Positions 36,051-45,076 of a stretch of DNA of 64,000 nucleotides are shown one piece after another. Within the stretch, counting starts at the first letter, position 1, and the number at the start of each line of letters is the position of its first letter. This DNA comes from a virus. Made by a program: the position numbers and the translations under genes. The notes beneath the pieces are model-generated. The model had not been told where the DNA came from. It did no database searches and saw only the letters and a program-made list of their open reading frames with translations. The stretch lies in the IMG/VR virus record IMGVR_UViG_3300025778_000010, positions 44,357 through 108,356 of that record; one strand, written 5' to 3'.

Positions 36051-36066
36051 GATTATTATTATATCA

Positions 36067-36525
36067 TTACTTAATTCGGATTGTTTTTGGTTTTGCTTCC
36101 TCTGGAACTTCCCGTTCAATCTTGACGGTTAAAATTCCATTTTCAAGTGAAGCAGATTTAACAATCATATACTCACCAAGAGTGAAGGTCTGTGTAAACT
36201 TGCGACCAGCGATTCCTCTGTAAAAGAATTCTGATTTGTCTTCATTTTCACGATCACTTTTGATAATTAATGTATCTTTATCTACAGTAATATCAAGATC
36301 TTCACGATCATATCCTGCAACAGCTAATTCAACAACATAAGTATCATCATCAATCTTCTTAACATTATATGGTGGAAATGAAGATGATGTTGTTTTATTT
36401 GTTGTCCAACGATGGAATTGATCACCAAATCCTAAGAAAAACGGATCATTAAATACCGTTTCTAATGTTGCAAATGGATTTTGAGTGTAGAGATAATTGC
36501 TATTTTGTGTTCTTAGATGTGTCAT
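36067..36525 (-). CDS. small heat-shock protein Hsp20 (IbpA-like)
   Basis: FPPYNV, ELAVAGY, RGIAGRKF...F.L, A.LENGIL.V.IEREVPE. Confidence 0.92.
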   Translation of the reverse strand: MTHLRTQNSNYLYTQNPFATLETVFNDPFFLGFGDQFHRWTTNKTTSSSFPPYNVKKIDDDTYVVELAVAGYDREDLDITVDKDTLIIKSDRENEDKSEFFYRGIAGRKFTQTFTLGEYMIVKSASLENGILTVKIEREVPEEAKPKTIRIK

Positions 36526-36586
36526 TATTACTTGCTCCTTTTCAGCGAGTTAGTTAGATTTTTGAACCCCCAAAGGCAGTTCATAT
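36526..36586 (-). promoter_or_regulatory. ROSE-like RNA thermometer in the hsp20 5'UTR
   Basis: CUC-G-CU-GAAA-AG-GAG hairpin sequesters the SD with a bulged G; upstream UGAAC/GUUCA hairpin. Confidence 0.65.
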
Positions 36587-36601
36587 ATATTATATCAGAT
36601 T

Positions 36602-37492
36602 TTATGAATTAGATCTACCGTGTTTGTCTGATCGGTTTCCGTACCCCGCTGATGGCTTTCCATCTTTCTGTGGTGGGCTATTGTATGTCGAGTTGTATCT
36701 CGCATCTTGCATTACTGAACCCATCACGGGTGCAAAGGATCCTGACCAAAAACTAAACGAACCAATACCTTCTTGCTCATCTTGCTTTGTTTGATCAGAC
36801 TTAGTTAAATCTGGTTCATTTACTGCTATGGCGTCCATGGCTTCCTGTGCATGTTCTTTAGTTGTATAACAACCAATTACTTGTCCAGTTCCCGCCTTTG
36901 TAATGGCATAACCACCTAAACAATCTGGAACATTGTATTCTAATTTAAATCCTACACCACCAGAAATTCTTCCAGCACCTGCAGATTCTTTTTCAATTTT
37001 ATTTTCTTTATTTACAATGGCACGAGACCAAGCATATCCTGCATCCCCGCCCCAAGCATTCCACATAATTTTTCCGTGAGATGGCTTATCCCAATCTTTT
37101 CCTTGCTTATCAACTTCATGACGTGAGAAGAAAGAATACATACGCTTTACTGTATCAAGAGACATTGATCTTCCCGCAACGATATCACTTGCACGTCCCC
37201 AGCCAACTGGTGTACCTGCTCCGTTTGCTAATCCATCTTCTTTCCATTTTAACGCACGACGTGCTGCTGCTTTCATTCCTGCATTTGGCTGGTAACCATC
37301 TGATTTTTTGACGGGAACGCAATTAGGAACAGTCTTGCCATCTTTTTCTTTAGTTCCAGCATATTCGTAGCCATCCCAACATGGGCCTTGACCTTTATCA
37401 ATGCATGATGCACATTTTTCTGTATCTGAAATATAATGATGATCATTACCTAGATCATCACATCCGCAAGTCATGCATTTATTTGTTGACAT
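36602..37492 (-). CDS. modular putative head-associated protein
   Basis: GPCWDGY...GK.VPNCVP module; AARRAL.W...GT.VGW.RA......SLDTVKRMYSFFSRH...W.AWGGDAG domain. Confidence 0.6.
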   Translation of the reverse strand: MSTNKCMTCGCDDLGNDHHYISDTEKCASCIDKGQGPCWDGYEYAGTKEKDGKTVPNCVPVKKSDGYQPNAGMKAAARRALKWKEDGLANGAGTPVGWGRASDIVAGRSMSLDTVKRMYSFFSRHEVDKQGKDWDKPSHGKIMWNAWGGDAGYAWSRAIVNKENKIEKESAGAGRISGGVGFKLEYNVPDCLGGYAITKAGTGQVIGCYTTKEHAQEAMDAIAVNEPDLTKSDQTKQDEQEGIGSFSFWSGSFAPVMGSVMQDARYNSTYNSPPQKDGKPSAGYGNRSDKHGRSNS

Positions 37493-37499
37493 TTTTATC

Positions 37500-37997
37500 C
37501 TATCCTACGTTATAAATTGTTAGATTAGCACTTGGTGATGCTGGTCTTGCTGGATTTGTTCCTGCTGCTGTAGCCAATAATGACATTCCCGCTGCACCTG
37601 ACCACCAGTGAAATTGAATATAATCTCCTGCATTAACAATAATTGGTGATTCAATATTTGCCAATACCTGTGAACCTTGAGCACTTGTAGTTGTAAATGT
37701 AAATGCGGATGAAGGTACATTTACTCCATTTTTAGAAAACCAAGTTGTAATATTGTAATTAGATGCTCCACCAGTAAAGTTAAATTGACCTAAAAAGTTA
37801 AGGTTGTATGTACCTGGAACTTGAAAAGTAATTTTTGTGGCATCAGTATTACTAATTGACATACCTTTTGAAAGATTTGTTGTGTCCCAAGTTATAACGT
37901 TATCTGTTGTTGTACCGCCAGATGACATATTTGTTGAACGTGCAAAGTTTCCGTAATAAAGAATTTGAGCGGGAACTGTTGAAACTTTAATGCTCAT
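37500..37997 (-). CDS. C1q/BclA-like jelly-roll virion protein
   Basis: ITF.VPGTYNLNF..Q...W...NG...NAGDYIQ. Confidence 0.55.
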   Translation of the reverse strand: MSIKVSTVPAQILYYGNFARSTNMSSGGTTTDNVITWDTTNLSKGMSISNTDATKITFQVPGTYNLNFLGQFNFTGGASNYNITTWFSKNGVNVPSSAFTFTTTSAQGSQVLANIESPIIVNAGDYIQFHWWSGAAGMSLLATAAGTNPARPASPSANLTIYNVG

Positions 37998-37998
37998 A

Positions 37999-38286
37999 TT
38001 AAACCTCTGCTGCTAATACTGCGACATTTGGAGTTCCAGATGATGCAATAGCATAAAGTTGATCGGAAGCAAGAAGATCTACTGTGTATGTTTGACCTGC
38101 TAAAAGAGCAAAACCATAAGATGATGTAGTAACTAAAGAAGATCCTAGATATACAGTAATTACTGGATCTAAATTTTGAACAGAAAGTGAAACTCTGCTT
38201 TCATATACAGCTTCATTTGCTGATGGAATACTTACTAATGTTGCTGTAGAAGCATTAAGAGCTACTACTTGGTGTGTTATTGCCAT
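37999..38286 (-). CDS. small beta-rich virion/decoration-like protein
   Basis: VQN....VYLG...VT.SSYGF.L.AG...LYAI. Confidence 0.55.
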   Translation of the reverse strand: MAITHQVVALNASTATLVSIPSANEAVYESRVSLSVQNLDPVITVYLGSSLVTTSSYGFALLAGQTYTVDLLASDQLYAIASSGTPNVAVLAAEV

Positions 38287-38785
38287 TTATTTCTCCTTGT
38301 TTTTCTTTATTTGTACTAATTATATCATTAATCTTGCGAGATTTCATTTTATTTGGATTTGCCACTACCTCTGCTGCTGGTAGTGTTCCATTTTTTCTAA
38401 ATCGCATGGTTTCCCATAAAGCGTGTGGGAGCGTATGAATACCGTAATGTGTTCTGTGATGGTTTGTACACAAAACCTCTAGATTTCCTGGACTCTCTAA
38501 CCATTGTTGAAATTCCCCGTCATCTTTAAAATTTAAACCAAAATAAGATTCTATCTTTTTAACATCAGCATTTGGTATTTGTGAGAATTCTACATGGGTA
38601 TGATGCAATTCTGGTTCTCCACCACATAAATCGTCATTAATGACACATCTCCACATACCCGCATCTTTAATTTTCTTTTTAGCAGCGATAAAATACTTGT
38701 AATTTGGATCGTGCTCTCGTGGGTCATGTTCTGGAATATGTGCCAAAATATGTAAAGTCATATTTTGATCGTGTTCATCTGTCAT
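38255..38785 (-). CDS. HNH-like domain protein
   Basis: C.....C...ELHH...NLEVLC..HH...GIH. Confidence 0.6.
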   Translation of the reverse strand: MTDEHDQNMTLHILAHIPEHDPREHDPNYKYFIAAKKKIKDAGMWRCVINDDLCGGEPELHHTHVEFSQIPNADVKKIESYFGLNFKDDGEFQQWLESPGNLEVLCTNHHRTHYGIHTLPHALWETMRFRKNGTLPAAEVVANPNKMKSRKINDIISTNKEKQGEINGNNTPSSSS

Positions 38786-38809
38786 AATAGTTTAATTATA
38801 CATTGTTTG

Positions 38810-38880
38810 AGCGAATAGCGGGAATTGAACCCGCACATTAACCTTGGCAAGGTTACGCACTACCACTATGCAATATTCGC
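38810..38880 (-). tRNA. tRNA-Gly(GCC)
   Basis: GCGAATA...TAACC-TTGCCAA-GGTTA...GGTTCAATTCC. Confidence 0.92.
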
Positions 38881-38887
38881 AAATAGG

Positions 38888-39002
38888 GGCTATATGTGAG
38901 TATTCCAGCACCGAATGACGCTGCCCTATCTCCCCGAACTCTTATACTCGGGTACATGTTTATGTGTAACTATATCCATACTAAGGTGTGTCACATATAG
39001 CC
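38888..39002 (-). ncRNA. candidate multi-stem ncRNA between tRNA-Gln and tRNA-Gly
   Basis: 12-bp closing stem GGCTATATGTGA/TCACATATAGCC plus two internal hairpins. Confidence 0.6.
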
Positions 39003-39005
39003 TTG

Positions 39006-39076
39006 CTCTCAGACCTGGACTCGAACCAAGATACTTGCCTCCAAAGGGCAATGTCCTACCATTAGACGATCTGAGA
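39006..39076 (-). tRNA. tRNA-Gln(TTG)
   Basis: TCTCAGA...TTGCC-CTTTGGA-GGCAA...GGTTCGAGTCC. Confidence 0.92.
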
Positions 39077-39083
39077 AAAGTTA

Positions 39084-39671
39084 TTACCTCTTAGAAGTTT
39101 TTACCTTTTTTGCCTTTGTTATTTTTGTTGTAGAAGGAAATGAAAACGTATTTATAATGTTTTTAGGAATACCAGCTGAAAAATCAGGTAACAAGAACCC
39201 AGAAGGGGTTGGGGTTGGAGTATGCGTAACAGCAAAACCTGTTGGTTCAGTTGCAATCACATTTGAAGCTGTTGTAGCACTATTATCAGGAAGAACAACT
39301 GGAATTGATTGTGATGTCGTATTAATTGGAACAACATTGTTTTGAACAACTGGTGTAATCAAATTATTTACAACAGGAGTTACAATTTCAACTAAAGTTT
39401 GCTGAACAATTGTTGGTGAAATTGCTGGTGTTGGTTGCTGAACAATTGCTGGTGTTTCAACTGATACAGCAGGAACAGGCCTTCCATCAGCTGGAGGAAT
39501 AATAAAAGTTGGTGAAACTGAAGATGAAGCAGGTGGCAAAGTATATCCGTATTGAGCTGCGTTTGCTGCTGCTCTTGCTGCTACTTCTGCGGGGCTATCT
39601 GCTAATGCCGATGAAGTTGAATAAAATAATGATAATACGACAATTGGAAAGATCAATTTCTTGAGCTTCAT
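39084..39671 (-). CDS. secreted Pro/Thr/Val-rich protein
   Basis: signal peptide ending ALA; low-complexity body; basic tail. Confidence 0.6.
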   Translation of the reverse strand: MKLKKLIFPIVVLSLFYSTSSALADSPAEVAARAAANAAQYGYTLPPASSSVSPTFIIPPADGRPVPAVSVETPAIVQQPTPAISPTIVQQTLVEIVTPVVNNLITPVVQNNVVPINTTSQSIPVVLPDNSATTASNVIATEPTGFAVTHTPTPTPSGFLLPDFSAGIPKNIINTFSFPSTTKITKAKKVKTSKR

Positions 39672-39694
39672 TGTTTATCCTTTGTTAGTAGTTG

Positions 39695-39934
39695 TTAGTA
39701 TGATTTGCCAATTAGGCGATTTTCTTGAATTTTTTCCCGCTCATCAATTGTTTCATAAGCAAACTTTGATAAAGCAGATTCATTTTTAGCATAGTGATGA
39801 CCGCAAAACATAAGTTCTCCCGTCACACCCTTTACAATAACCAAAGCAGAAGCACTGCATTGATCACATCTATCATTAAGAGTAAGAATATATTCTTTTT
39901 TATCTTCTAAAACTTCTTCTTTAGTCATTATCAT
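39695..39934 (-). CDS. small zinc-binding protein of actinobacterial type
   Basis: DRCDQC.A.A......GEL.FCGHH. Confidence 0.7.
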   Translation of the reverse strand: MIMTKEEVLEDKKEYILTLNDRCDQCSASALVIVKGVTGELMFCGHHYAKNESALSKFAYETIDEREKIQENRLIGKSY

Positions 39935-39968
39935 AAGTATATCTCTTTCTCTAATTAGTTAATAATCG

Positions 39969-40041
39969 CTGCCCCAAGTGGACTCGAACCAATAACCTGC
40001 CGATTAACAGTCGGCTGCTCTGCCAATTGAGCTATGGGGCA
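39969..40041 (-). tRNA. tRNA-Asn(GTT)
   Basis: TGCCCCA...GCCGA-CTGTTAA-TCGGC...GGTTCGAGTCC. Confidence 0.92.
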
Positions 40042-40047
40042 ATAGCG

Positions 40048-40335
40048 TTATTTTACATTACCAAATGGGTTTTTGTCAACCATCTTTAGTAAATCTTCTG
40101 GAGTATCAATCATGCGTCTTTGTGCTTCAAATTTACCAAGCTCAACCATTTCTTGAGCAATTGTAAACATCATGTCAACTAAACCAGCGGCGTAACGTTG
40201 GTCTTTAAGGTCAACACTTTCAATTTCTTTTCGCATGTTGATTGATGATTGTGTAAAATAATCACACAATGATGTTAAAGATATATAAATATCTTTTTCG
40301 TCTTCTATTGTTTTAATTGTTCCGTTTGCTATCAT
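40048..40335 (-). CDS. hypothetical protein
   Basis: 95 aa, probably leaderless. Confidence 0.6.
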   Translation of the reverse strand: MIANGTIKTIEDEKDIYISLTSLCDYFTQSSINMRKEIESVDLKDQRYAAGLVDMMFTIAQEMVELGKFEAQRRMIDTPEDLLKMVDKNPFGNVK

Positions 40336-40347
40336 GTCTGTATTCTA

Positions 40348-42195
40348 TCAAAGTATTCTAAAGCTGTCAATACGCATTCGCTCATCATCTTCATCTTCTT
40401 CAATATTCATAAACTCTCTTAAGTTAGCTGGAATAGACTTTCTTTCTGGCATCTTAATTGTATGCTTAAGTCTTTCATCAGACTCTTTTCTTAATTGCTC
40501 TAACTCGTTTGCAAAAACTCCATCATAAGAATAAATTTCTACTTCCCTATCAAGATCAGGGGGAGTTAAAGCAATAGCGTTATAAATAGACCCACATACT
40601 GCATCTGAAAGGTCTTTTGATCCTTTTCTAGGGTGATCTACTTTGTCTTTAACAATTCTTAATTGTAATAACTCATCAACAAGCAATTGAATTCTTGGCC
40701 CGTGTAATCTTTCTTCAGTTAAAGTAAGAGACATATCTTCATAATGTTTTTTGGCTACTGAAAGAATTTCTGTTTTAATCCCGTGTACACCGAGTTGTTG
40801 CATCATGTCGTGTGAGTTCCATCGGTCAAATGTAACAAGTTTAAGATTAAACCCACGTTCTCTGACGCTTGTAATGTAGTCTTTAACTTCTGTAAAATCA
40901 ACAGATTTTGATGCGGTAGGTGTCCAATATCTTACTGCATCTACTACAACTCTAGGTGCTGCTTCCTTATATTGCTCACCAATTTTCATTGTTACCCAGC
41001 CTTCCACGTGAGCTAATGATACTGCACAGTGGTCATGTTTTTGTGCCAAGTCAACGTGCATAAAATATGTACGATCTGGGTTTGGCTTAAAATCATCATC
41101 AAATCTTCCATATGAATCTACATTTAATTTAGGATTACTAAATGCTTTTTCAATTACTGCACGATTTTTAAAGAATGCATCTGTTGCATCTGGAGGCATA
41201 CATGCAAAACGAGATAATGCATCTGTTGGGTCTGTGTAAAAATCAATTGTAAAATCTTCAATTTTACGTGTTGGATTTACGTCCCAAGTAGGTCTTTTTA
41301 ATGCAAATACTCTTGGTACTTTGTATGAAATAATATGATCTTCTTCCCACTCAATTTCAAATTCATTACCTTCAGTGCCGTCTGGCAGTTCTGGATCTAC
41401 TTTAAATCTACTATGTCTAAGAACAACTTCTTTTTCAGCAACAACTTCATTATATCTTTGTTGAATATAATCGTTTTTAAATCTTGGGAATGAAAGTAAA
41501 ATTACTTTACCAAAATCTGGAAAACGTGAGTTGACTGATGCACGATACATCTTGTAAATTGATGATGCAGTTTTAGCTTGATCATGCCCAGAGGTTGATT
41601 CAAGTTCAAAACCTGAGATCTCATCAAGAATAACTACAAGTACGTTATAACCTTCCCAAGCTTCTCTTTCTGAGTGGCCTGAGTGAACTGTTACACCTTT
41701 ATCAAATTCAACCATATTGGCTTTAGCAACATATCTTCCTTGAAACCAAGGTGACTTTTCAATACGTTGGTTAAAACCTTTAAAGAAAACTCGATTAGCT
41801 TGAATAGCGTTAATAGCAATATTGATAATATCAATTGCATCCCCTGGAGGTTTTCCAAAATATGCTGCTGGATCTTGTAAGCATAAAAGAAGATATACCA
41901 TGTAAGCACAAGCAATTGTAGAGGTATAATCTTTTCCAGAGCCTTTACCTAATTGCAAAATAACTTCATTACATGTTTGTTTAAATATCTTGTTACCCTC
42001 ATCTTCTCCGTAGATTTTGATGAGTGTTTCTTTTTTATAAATTTGAGTTGATGCACGGATCATCGTGTATTGATTTTCTGATAAAGGTGGCAATCCAAGA
42101 TACGCTTTATCTGTAACAAATTGTTCTAGTGTTACTGGAGTTTCTGAAAATTCATCCCCACTTAATGCATCTAAGAATACGTTAAAGTCACTCAT
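40348..42195 (-). CDS. terL: terminase large subunit
   Basis: Walker A LGKGSGKD, Walker B VVILDE, LLSFP motif, nuclease MHVDLA, FDRW, DHP..GSKDLSDA. Confidence 0.88.
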   Translation of the reverse strand: MSDFNVFLDALSGDEFSETPVTLEQFVTDKAYLGLPPLSENQYTMIRASTQIYKKETLIKIYGEDEGNKIFKQTCNEVILQLGKGSGKDYTSTIACAYMVYLLLCLQDPAAYFGKPPGDAIDIINIAINAIQANRVFFKGFNQRIEKSPWFQGRYVAKANMVEFDKGVTVHSGHSEREAWEGYNVLVVILDEISGFELESTSGHDQAKTASSIYKMYRASVNSRFPDFGKVILLSFPRFKNDYIQQRYNEVVAEKEVVLRHSRFKVDPELPDGTEGNEFEIEWEEDHIISYKVPRVFALKRPTWDVNPTRKIEDFTIDFYTDPTDALSRFACMPPDATDAFFKNRAVIEKAFSNPKLNVDSYGRFDDDFKPNPDRTYFMHVDLAQKHDHCAVSLAHVEGWVTMKIGEQYKEAAPRVVVDAVRYWTPTASKSVDFTEVKDYITSVRERGFNLKLVTFDRWNSHDMMQQLGVHGIKTEILSVAKKHYEDMSLTLTEERLHGPRIQLLVDELLQLRIVKDKVDHPRKGSKDLSDAVCGSIYNAIALTPPDLDREVEIYSYDGVFANELEQLRKESDERLKHTIKMPERKSIPANLREFMNIEEDEDDERMRIDSFRIL

Positions 42196-42715
42196 TTACA
42201 ATTACAGCCTCAACTTGGCCAGTAACTTGAGATAGCCTTCTTGATACTTCCCACTTACAATGATCACAATTTGCTGTAACTTCTTTAAGAATCCCGACCA
42301 AAACTTCTTGTTTACGCTCTGATTCTAAAAGTTGATCCGTCATATCATTATTTTCAAGAACGCCAGCTTTGTTAAGCATTTCAATACGCTTTGCTTCAAT
42401 ATCAGCAATTAGCTTTAAAGATTGTGCTTTAACATTAAGTGCATCTTGCATGTCTGCTTGCTCTACTGTACGCCAAGCTTCTTTGATAAGCATGCTGTAA
42501 TGCTCATCTGCTCCCGCTAAAGCTTCTTTGGCTCTAGATTTAATTGCTGTATTGTCGTGCACTAAATCTTTCCAAGTATTAATATGTGCTTCAACCTGAA
42601 CACGTGTTAAATCTAAACTACGTGCGATTTGGGCGGAAGTATTACCTTTTAGTAATTCTTCAACCACCTTGTTCATTTGATCAAATTTTCCTGCAACTTC
42701 TAATTCATTATCCAT
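42188..42715 (-). CDS. HTH protein, probable terminase small subunit
   Basis: N-terminal HTH (LLKGNTSAQIARSLDL), helical; immediately upstream of terL. Confidence 0.6.
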   Translation of the reverse strand: MDNELEVAGKFDQMNKVVEELLKGNTSAQIARSLDLTRVQVEAHINTWKDLVHDNTAIKSRAKEALAGADEHYSMLIKEAWRTVEQADMQDALNVKAQSLKLIADIEAKRIEMLNKAGVLENNDMTDQLLESERKQEVLVGILKEVTANCDHCKWEVSRRLSQVTGQVEAVIVNE

Positions 42716-42887
42716 TGTCTGTTTTATAAAACCCTGATCCTTTAAATTGAATGCCTGCAGGAGAATAAACCCTAGTCATTTTATAGCCACAACTTGAACA
42801 TGGGGGTACGTTTTCAGGTTCATTAAAGCCTCTGACTACATCTAGGCTTTCATCACATTCAATGCATGCATATTCATAAGTTGGCAT
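42708..42887 (-). CDS. FmdB-family zinc-ribbon protein (59 aa, not in ORF track)
   Basis: MPTYEYAC..C...C..CG..M.RV......FKGSGFY.TD. Confidence 0.85.
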   Translation of the reverse strand: MPTYEYACIECDESLDVVRGFNEPENVPPCSSCGYKMTRVYSPAGIQFKGSGFYKTDNG

Positions 42888-42908
42888 ACTTAATTATACC
42901 TCTTTATA

Positions 42909-43235
42909 TTACTTCTTGTCAATTGCAATTTTAAGTAAGATTAAATAACCAATCAAATCATCAATGTCGTTATCTCCAGCAAAACCTTGATTATTTTTTA
43001 CACGATTTAATTTATCATCAATTCTTACTTTCAACTGTTCAATATTGTCAGATTGTGCAAATATTCTGTTTGGCGATAAAGCTGAATCTCCATATGAAAT
43101 GTTTTTTTCTATAAGAAGTTGTGCAATTTCGTGGCAAGCATCCCAAATTCTTTTGCCAGAAGGGGCACTGGTTGAGTGTAAATATAAATCATTACAACTA
43201 AATTGTCTAACATCTTGAAATACTGGTTTAAGCAT
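42909..43235 (-). CDS. DUF1599 / nucleotide-modification-associated domain protein
   Basis: KN.SYGDS...VRIDDKLNR...DDLIGYLIL. Confidence 0.75.
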   Translation of the reverse strand: MLKPVFQDVRQFSCNDLYLHSTSAPSGKRIWDACHEIAQLLIEKNISYGDSALSPNRIFAQSDNIEQLKVRIDDKLNRVKNNQGFAGDNDIDDLIGYLILLKIAIDKK

Positions 43236-44239
43236 TACATTAACCTTTCTGACCAAGTTTTAGGAGTTTTTTCTGTAACAAACTCAAGTGGCAAATGATA
43301 ATCAAATGGCTTTGTACCCTTTATTTTAATCCATTCTACCAATTCTGTCAAGCCCTCATCAAGAGTTTTAGATGTTTTATAATTTAATAATTGTCTTGCT
43401 TTATCTGCAGAACAATTAGCATGTTTTACTTCTTGGGGTCTGCCTGGCATATACTTAATATTAAGATCAAATCCAATAATTTTAGCTAATTTTTGAGCCA
43501 ATTCATTGATTGTAATAAATTCTTCGTCTGGTCCAATATTAACAACTTGACCATCAACTACATCTGATTCACATGCAATCATTAATGGATTTGCTACATC
43601 TTCCCAAAAAGAAAAACAACGCATTTGATTTCCATCTCCATAAACTATAGGCTGTTCACCTTTAAGCATACGGTTAATCATAATTGATGCTACATTTCTA
43701 AATGGGTCGTCATATTTTTGACGTGGGCCAATAATATTATGAGGAACAAGAATAACATATTTCATTCCGTGTGTTTCACAAATGTTTTTAATTAAAAGCT
43801 CTGCCCCATATTTTGCAATGCCGTAAGGATCTTGAGGTTTTGGAATCATGTCTTCTTTAAATGGAACTGTATCTTGTGTGCCGTATCTAGCCATTGATGA
43901 CATATGAACAAATTTTTTAACCCCGCCCCTAATAGATGCTGAAAGAGCAACTGTTGTAATGTGTGAGGTGTTGCGAGTTACAAGTGCAGGACTAAACACT
44001 GATAAGCCTTCGTAAGCAGTGCATGCTGTATGAACAACTAAATCTATTCCTTTAAAATGTTCTTTAACGGAATCAAAATCTCCAAGATCTTTTGAATAAA
44101 ATTCAACACCAGTGGGTACATTTTCATAATAACCGCCAATTAAATTATCAATACCAACCACAGAATGTCCACGTTTTAAAAACTCATCAGCCAAATGGCT
44201 ACCCATAAATCCAGCAACGCCTGTGATTAAAACCTTCAT
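43235..44239 (-). CDS. NAD-dependent sugar-nucleotide epimerase/dehydratase
   Basis: ITGVAGFMGSHL, SSMARYG, PYGIAKY, NIIGPRQ. Confidence 0.9.
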   Translation of the reverse strand: MKVLITGVAGFMGSHLADEFLKRGHSVVGIDNLIGGYYENVPTGVEFYSKDLGDFDSVKEHFKGIDLVVHTACTAYEGLSVFSPALVTRNTSHITTVALSASIRGGVKKFVHMSSMARYGTQDTVPFKEDMIPKPQDPYGIAKYGAELLIKNICETHGMKYVILVPHNIIGPRQKYDDPFRNVASIMINRMLKGEQPIVYGDGNQMRCFSFWEDVANPLMIACESDVVDGQVVNIGPDEEFITINELAQKLAKIIGFDLNIKYMPGRPQEVKHANCSADKARQLLNYKTSKTLDEGLTELVEWIKIKGTKPFDYHLPLEFVTEKTPKTWSERLM

Positions 44240-44240
44240 G

Positions 44241-44894
44241 TTATCCTCTTAACCATTCATTTTCACGTCTTCTTGTAAGATCCCAGCCTTTAACTGTATA
44301 ATCGCCTGATCTTTTCTTTTCTCTGTAATATTCTCCATTTTTATTAAATGTTTCATGATTTCTATTCATTAATTTTGCATCGCTTTTAATTGTTTGTGAG
44401 CCACCGTGATCATCAACTTGTATTCCTGGACAAATAATACTGTCAGATAATCCTGATAATACCATCCTGTCATCATAATCGTTATCTTCAAAATAGGCTG
44501 GATAAATATATTCATCAAACAAACCAACTTTTGCCACTATGTTTTCTCCAATAGAAAAACAACTATAGTGTGCGTTGCTTTTTACAAACTTATTGGGGGA
44601 ACTAAACGAATGCATCTTTTCTAATTCACCAGATCTAAAACTTGTATCTGCAGAAGAAATAAGCCAATAAGGAACATGGGGGTAAAGCTTGATGCCTAAA
44701 TTCCATGAGCCTGCTATCCCTTGATTTGAAGGAAGATTTAAAACTCTAAAGTTTAAATCAAATCTTTTAGGAACGTATTCTTCAATTCCATTATTAATAA
44801 TTAATATCTCATTAATTGGATAATCAATTTCTTCAAGAGATTCATCAAGCAAATCATATCTGTTTAAAACAGGAATAATTAATACTGGTACCAC
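44241..44894 (-). CDS. glycosyltransferase family 2-like protein
   Basis: IIPVLN, IINNG, N.GIAGSWN.G, VGLFDE..YPAYFEDND. Confidence 0.8.
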   Translation of the reverse strand: MVPVLIIPVLNRYDLLDESLEEIDYPINEILIINNGIEEYVPKRFDLNFRVLNLPSNQGIAGSWNLGIKLYPHVPYWLISSADTSFRSGELEKMHSFSSPNKFVKSNAHYSCFSIGENIVAKVGLFDEYIYPAYFEDNDYDDRMVLSGLSDSIICPGIQVDDHGGSQTIKSDAKLMNRNHETFNKNGEYYREKKRSGDYTVKGWDLTRRRENEWLRG

Positions 44895-45067
44895 TACTTA
44901 GTCCACTTTCTAGGTTTCTTAATCAATTCAAATCTTTCTAAAGCCCGCTGAATTGTCATATGAGAGCATTTTGCTTCCATAGCCATATCCAAAACACTTT
45001 TCTTTTCAACTACGTATCTTTTGTATACCCAGTCTTTATTTTCCCAAGGTTTAAAATTTTTAGCCAT
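44894..45067 (-). CDS. small HTH DNA-binding protein (57 aa, not in ORF track)
   Basis: GAGGAGG SD; W..KRYVVEKKS..DMA.EA.CS..TI.R.L. Confidence 0.65.
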   Translation of the reverse strand: MAKNFKPWENKDWVYKRYVVEKKSVLDMAMEAKCSHMTIQRALERFELIKKPRKWTK

Positions 45068-45076
45068 TATACCTCC

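Noticed and set aside
38888-39002. Y RNA assignment (GGCU...UAGCC ends)
   Set aside because: Lacks the bulged Ro-binding helix and tRNA-like T-arm, and no Ro60 gene is in the window; left unassigned
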